Origin: a virus
Taxonomy: Duplodnaviria; Heunggongvirae; Uroviricota; Caudoviricetes
Virus record (IMG/VR): IMGVR_UViG_3300042296_001032
Length of the DNA: 64,000 nucleotides
Reading direction: 5' to 3' (one strand)
The notes below the pieces were generated by a model. That model searched no databases, was not told the DNA's origin, and was given only the letters and a program-made list of their open reading frames with translations. The translations under genes were made by a program, and so were the position numbers. Positions 62,151-64,000 of this stretch are shown here, one piece after another; the stretch's first letter is position 1; each line of letters begins with the position of its first letter.

Positions 62151-62335
62151 TACGGTGTTACCATTTGTTTTTTAGTGTTACTAATTTCATCTCTAGTGTC
62201 TTTAGCCACATTACGAATGTCTTGTAAAGTTTTTCTTGCTCTAGTACCAGCAGTTTTATTACCTTTTTCAATAAATTTTTCGTAATCATCTCTAAAAGAT
62301 TTTACAAGATTTTCTAGTTCAATAATTTTTTCCAT
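62150..62335 (-). CDS. Small basic protein
   Basis: 61 aa ORF. Confidence 0.4.
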   Translation of the reverse strand: MEKIIELENLVKSFRDDYEKFIEKGNKTAGTRARKTLQDIRNVAKDTRDEISNTKKQMVTP

Positions 62336-62347
62336 TTTAATTATTTT

Positions 62348-62587
62348 TTATTCATTATTATTTTCCCCTTCGTTTTTAGGGGTTATTAAATTATTAGATA
62401 TAAAAGACTCCCAATACGTAATCATTAATGACGCGTCTTTTAGTCTACCTAATTCCTTGATTATGCTTTTTATTTTTTCTTCTGGATTTAAATTTTTATC
62501 TAATATCAAGTGTTCGATATTGGATTCGGCTTTTAATTTTTCCTGTATAAGTTCGTTACTTACAATATTTAAATCTTTAAAATTCAT
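62348..62587 (-). CDS. Hypothetical protein
   Basis: 79 aa ORF. Confidence 0.4.
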   Translation of the reverse strand: MNFKDLNIVSNELIQEKLKAESNIEHLILDKNLNPEEKIKSIIKELGRLKDASLMITYWESFISNNLITPKNEGENNNE

Positions 62588-62651
62588 AAAACATTTTTAT
62601 TTAAATTAACCTAATTTGTTTAAAATTAAACAGTATTGGGTTAAAATAATA

Positions 62652-63131
62652 TTAATTTACTACAAAACTTTTATTAAATATTTTGTAGAGTTCTAAAAGA
62701 GTTTCATATTCAGACATTGTTTTACCTTTACTAAAATCAAACAACTGTCCCCAAAACTCGGTTATCTTTTTTGTACTATCAATATCTTTATCTTCTTCGT
62801 AATAAAAAGATTCTTTATAAAACTCTTTAAAATAATTAAATAATTCTGTTACATCGATGAAGTAGATTCTCTCTTCTTTAAAGGAACTAATCACTTTTGA
62901 CCAACACCATTTAAAATGATTATTCTTTTCTTCACCGATAGTAACATCATCACCCATATATGTAGTTAAAACTAACTCATTTAGTGAGTATATAAAATCG
63001 AAAAATAACTCTAATTTTTCTTGTGTTATATTATTAATTTTATATAACAACATTAAATCGTCTTTTTCCATATTTTTTGATATGTACTCTATAAAATCTA
63101 TAGTCTTTGATATCTTATTAATTTTACCCAT
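62652..63131 (-). CDS. Hypothetical protein
   Basis: 159 aa ORF. Confidence 0.45.
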   Translation of the reverse strand: MGKINKISKTIDFIEYISKNMEKDDLMLLYKINNITQEKLELFFDFIYSLNELVLTTYMGDDVTIGEEKNNHFKWCWSKVISSFKEERIYFIDVTELFNYFKEFYKESFYYEEDKDIDSTKKITEFWGQLFDFSKGKTMSEYETLLELYKIFNKSFVVN

Positions 63132-63185
63132 TTATTAATATTAATGACTATTTCTTAGATTTATAGGTTTACTGTTTAAATATTG

Positions 63186-63776
63186 TTAAACAATATCTTT
63201 TGACTCAATAAGAGTGTAGGTAAATGAATTTCCATGAATATCTTTAGCTTTTCTACAGATTTTCATAAATTCTTCAAAATCAGCTGATTTTTTAAATACT
63301 TGACAACCTTCTGACCAATTCTCTACGTAAGTAGAATCAGCACCTGCTTTATGAATATTGATACCGTAAACACCTTCAGTAATTTTAGTCTCATCATATT
63401 TCATATCACGATTAGCATCACGATAAACTTTAACATTCTTTGCTTGACCTAACGCCTCATACTTACCTTGGTGTAATCTAATTGTGTGTGAACCTCTGTA
63501 CTGACCTTCCACTAATCTAGCTACACCAGCTGCGTTATGATACTCCATAACCCCTTTTTTACCTGGGTCTGTTGTACATGACCAAGTGCGGAATTTCCAT
63601 TCACCATTTTCTTTATAAGATATAGTCATTGTATCATCAAATACATTAGTAACTTTATCTCCAGTAGCGGAATTTCTTACCCCTACAATGTTCACATCGT
63701 AATCTTTAGTGCCTTCAAACCAAACGTATCCTTTTGATTTAACTGCTGTTTCAATTTGTTCTCTTGTATAACTCAT
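63186..63776 (-). CDS. Putative peptidoglycan peptidase (M15/VanY-like HxxGxD signature GINIHKAGAD), weak
   Basis: 196 aa. Adjacent to the lysozyme gene. Confidence 0.4.
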   Translation of the reverse strand: MSYTREQIETAVKSKGYVWFEGTKDYDVNIVGVRNSATGDKVTNVFDDTMTISYKENGEWKFRTWSCTTDPGKKGVMEYHNAAGVARLVEGQYRGSHTIRLHQGKYEALGQAKNVKVYRDANRDMKYDETKITEGVYGINIHKAGADSTYVENWSEGCQVFKKSADFEEFMKICRKAKDIHGNSFTYTLIESKDIV

Positions 63777-63782
63777 TTTTTT

Positions 63783-64000
63783 TTATTTATTAAAATATAA
63801 TTTAACTTCAGCCTCTCTTCTTCTTACCAAACCTTTAAGTGTTTTACCACCAGCTTTAGTCCATTTTAAGAATTCAACTTCAATAGTTGGGTCGTTAGGG
63901 TCAGTATTAACTTTTTTAAGTAATGTACTAGATTTTAAGTTAGCTGGACCTAAGTTATAGGCGAAAGAAACTAATGCATCAAATTGACCTTGATTAATTG
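63783..64000 (-). CDS. GH24 lysozyme (P22 gp19 / T4-lysozyme-like endolysin), C-terminal part only; N-terminus lies beyond the window
   Basis: Translation ...NQGQFDALVSFAYNLGPANLKSSTLLKKVNTDPNDPTIEVEFLKWTKAGGKTLKGLVRRREAEVKLYFNK* parallels the P22 lysozyme C-terminus (NQNQYDALCSLIFNIG ... FLLWKKAGKDPDILLPRRRRERALFL). Confidence 0.65.
   Translation of the reverse strand, partial: INQGQFDALVSFAYNLGPANLKSSTLLKKVNTDPNDPTIEVEFLKWTKAGGKTLKGLVRRREAEVKLYFNK

Noticed and set aside
1-64000. CRISPR arrays, integrase/attachment sites, transposases
   Set aside because: No regularly spaced direct repeats with unique spacers were seen, and no recombinase-like ORFs. The tRNA genes are array members rather than integration targets.

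Overview
AT-rich (about 30% GC), very gene-dense 64 kb window, mostly transcribed leftward. The content reads as part of a large (jumbo-type) bacteriophage genome whose host is a Bacteroidetes/Flavobacteriia-like bacterium; this host assignment is my inference. The phage call rests on five things. (1) Four tRNA gene arrays (at least 24 tRNAs folded by hand, plus several atypical or split tRNA-like loci) with free-standing HNH homing-endonuclease genes inserted among them. (2) A tmRNA (ssrA-like) gene with the canonical 5' GGGG..GGATTYGAC and 3' TAAGCATGTAG...TTCGAA..CCACCA ends. (3) A small ribosomal protein bS21-like ORF. (4) A GH24 lysozyme fragment at the right edge. (5) Two multigene families: at least 13 proteins share an N-terminal M-K-x-L-I-K-K-I-L-(K/R)-E leader that looks like a cleavable capsid-targeting sequence, and 4 paralogs share DPSGNxKYLDW and SC(K/R)YGxGSKWC motifs. 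The Bacteroidetes host call rests on TAnnTTTG -7 promoter boxes, Bacteroidetes-type lipoboxes, and two proteins ending in T9SS or gliding C-terminal sorting domains. Recognisable accessory genes include a five-gene operon with two sensor histidine kinases and a receiver protein, an SPFH/prohibitin protein, a ferritin-like protein, DnaJ, an FKBP PPIase, RNase HII, a NUDIX hydrolase, a metallophosphoesterase, HAD phosphatases, a Fpg/Nei glycosylase, a secreted DNA/RNA nonspecific nuclease, two tandem Mom-like DNA-modification paralogs, and a Ro60/TROVE-like vWA protein followed by a 500 nt structured ORF-free region. All functional calls come from motifs read by eye in the translations; no searches were run. 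Coordinates of RNA genes are hand-derived and may be off by a few nt.
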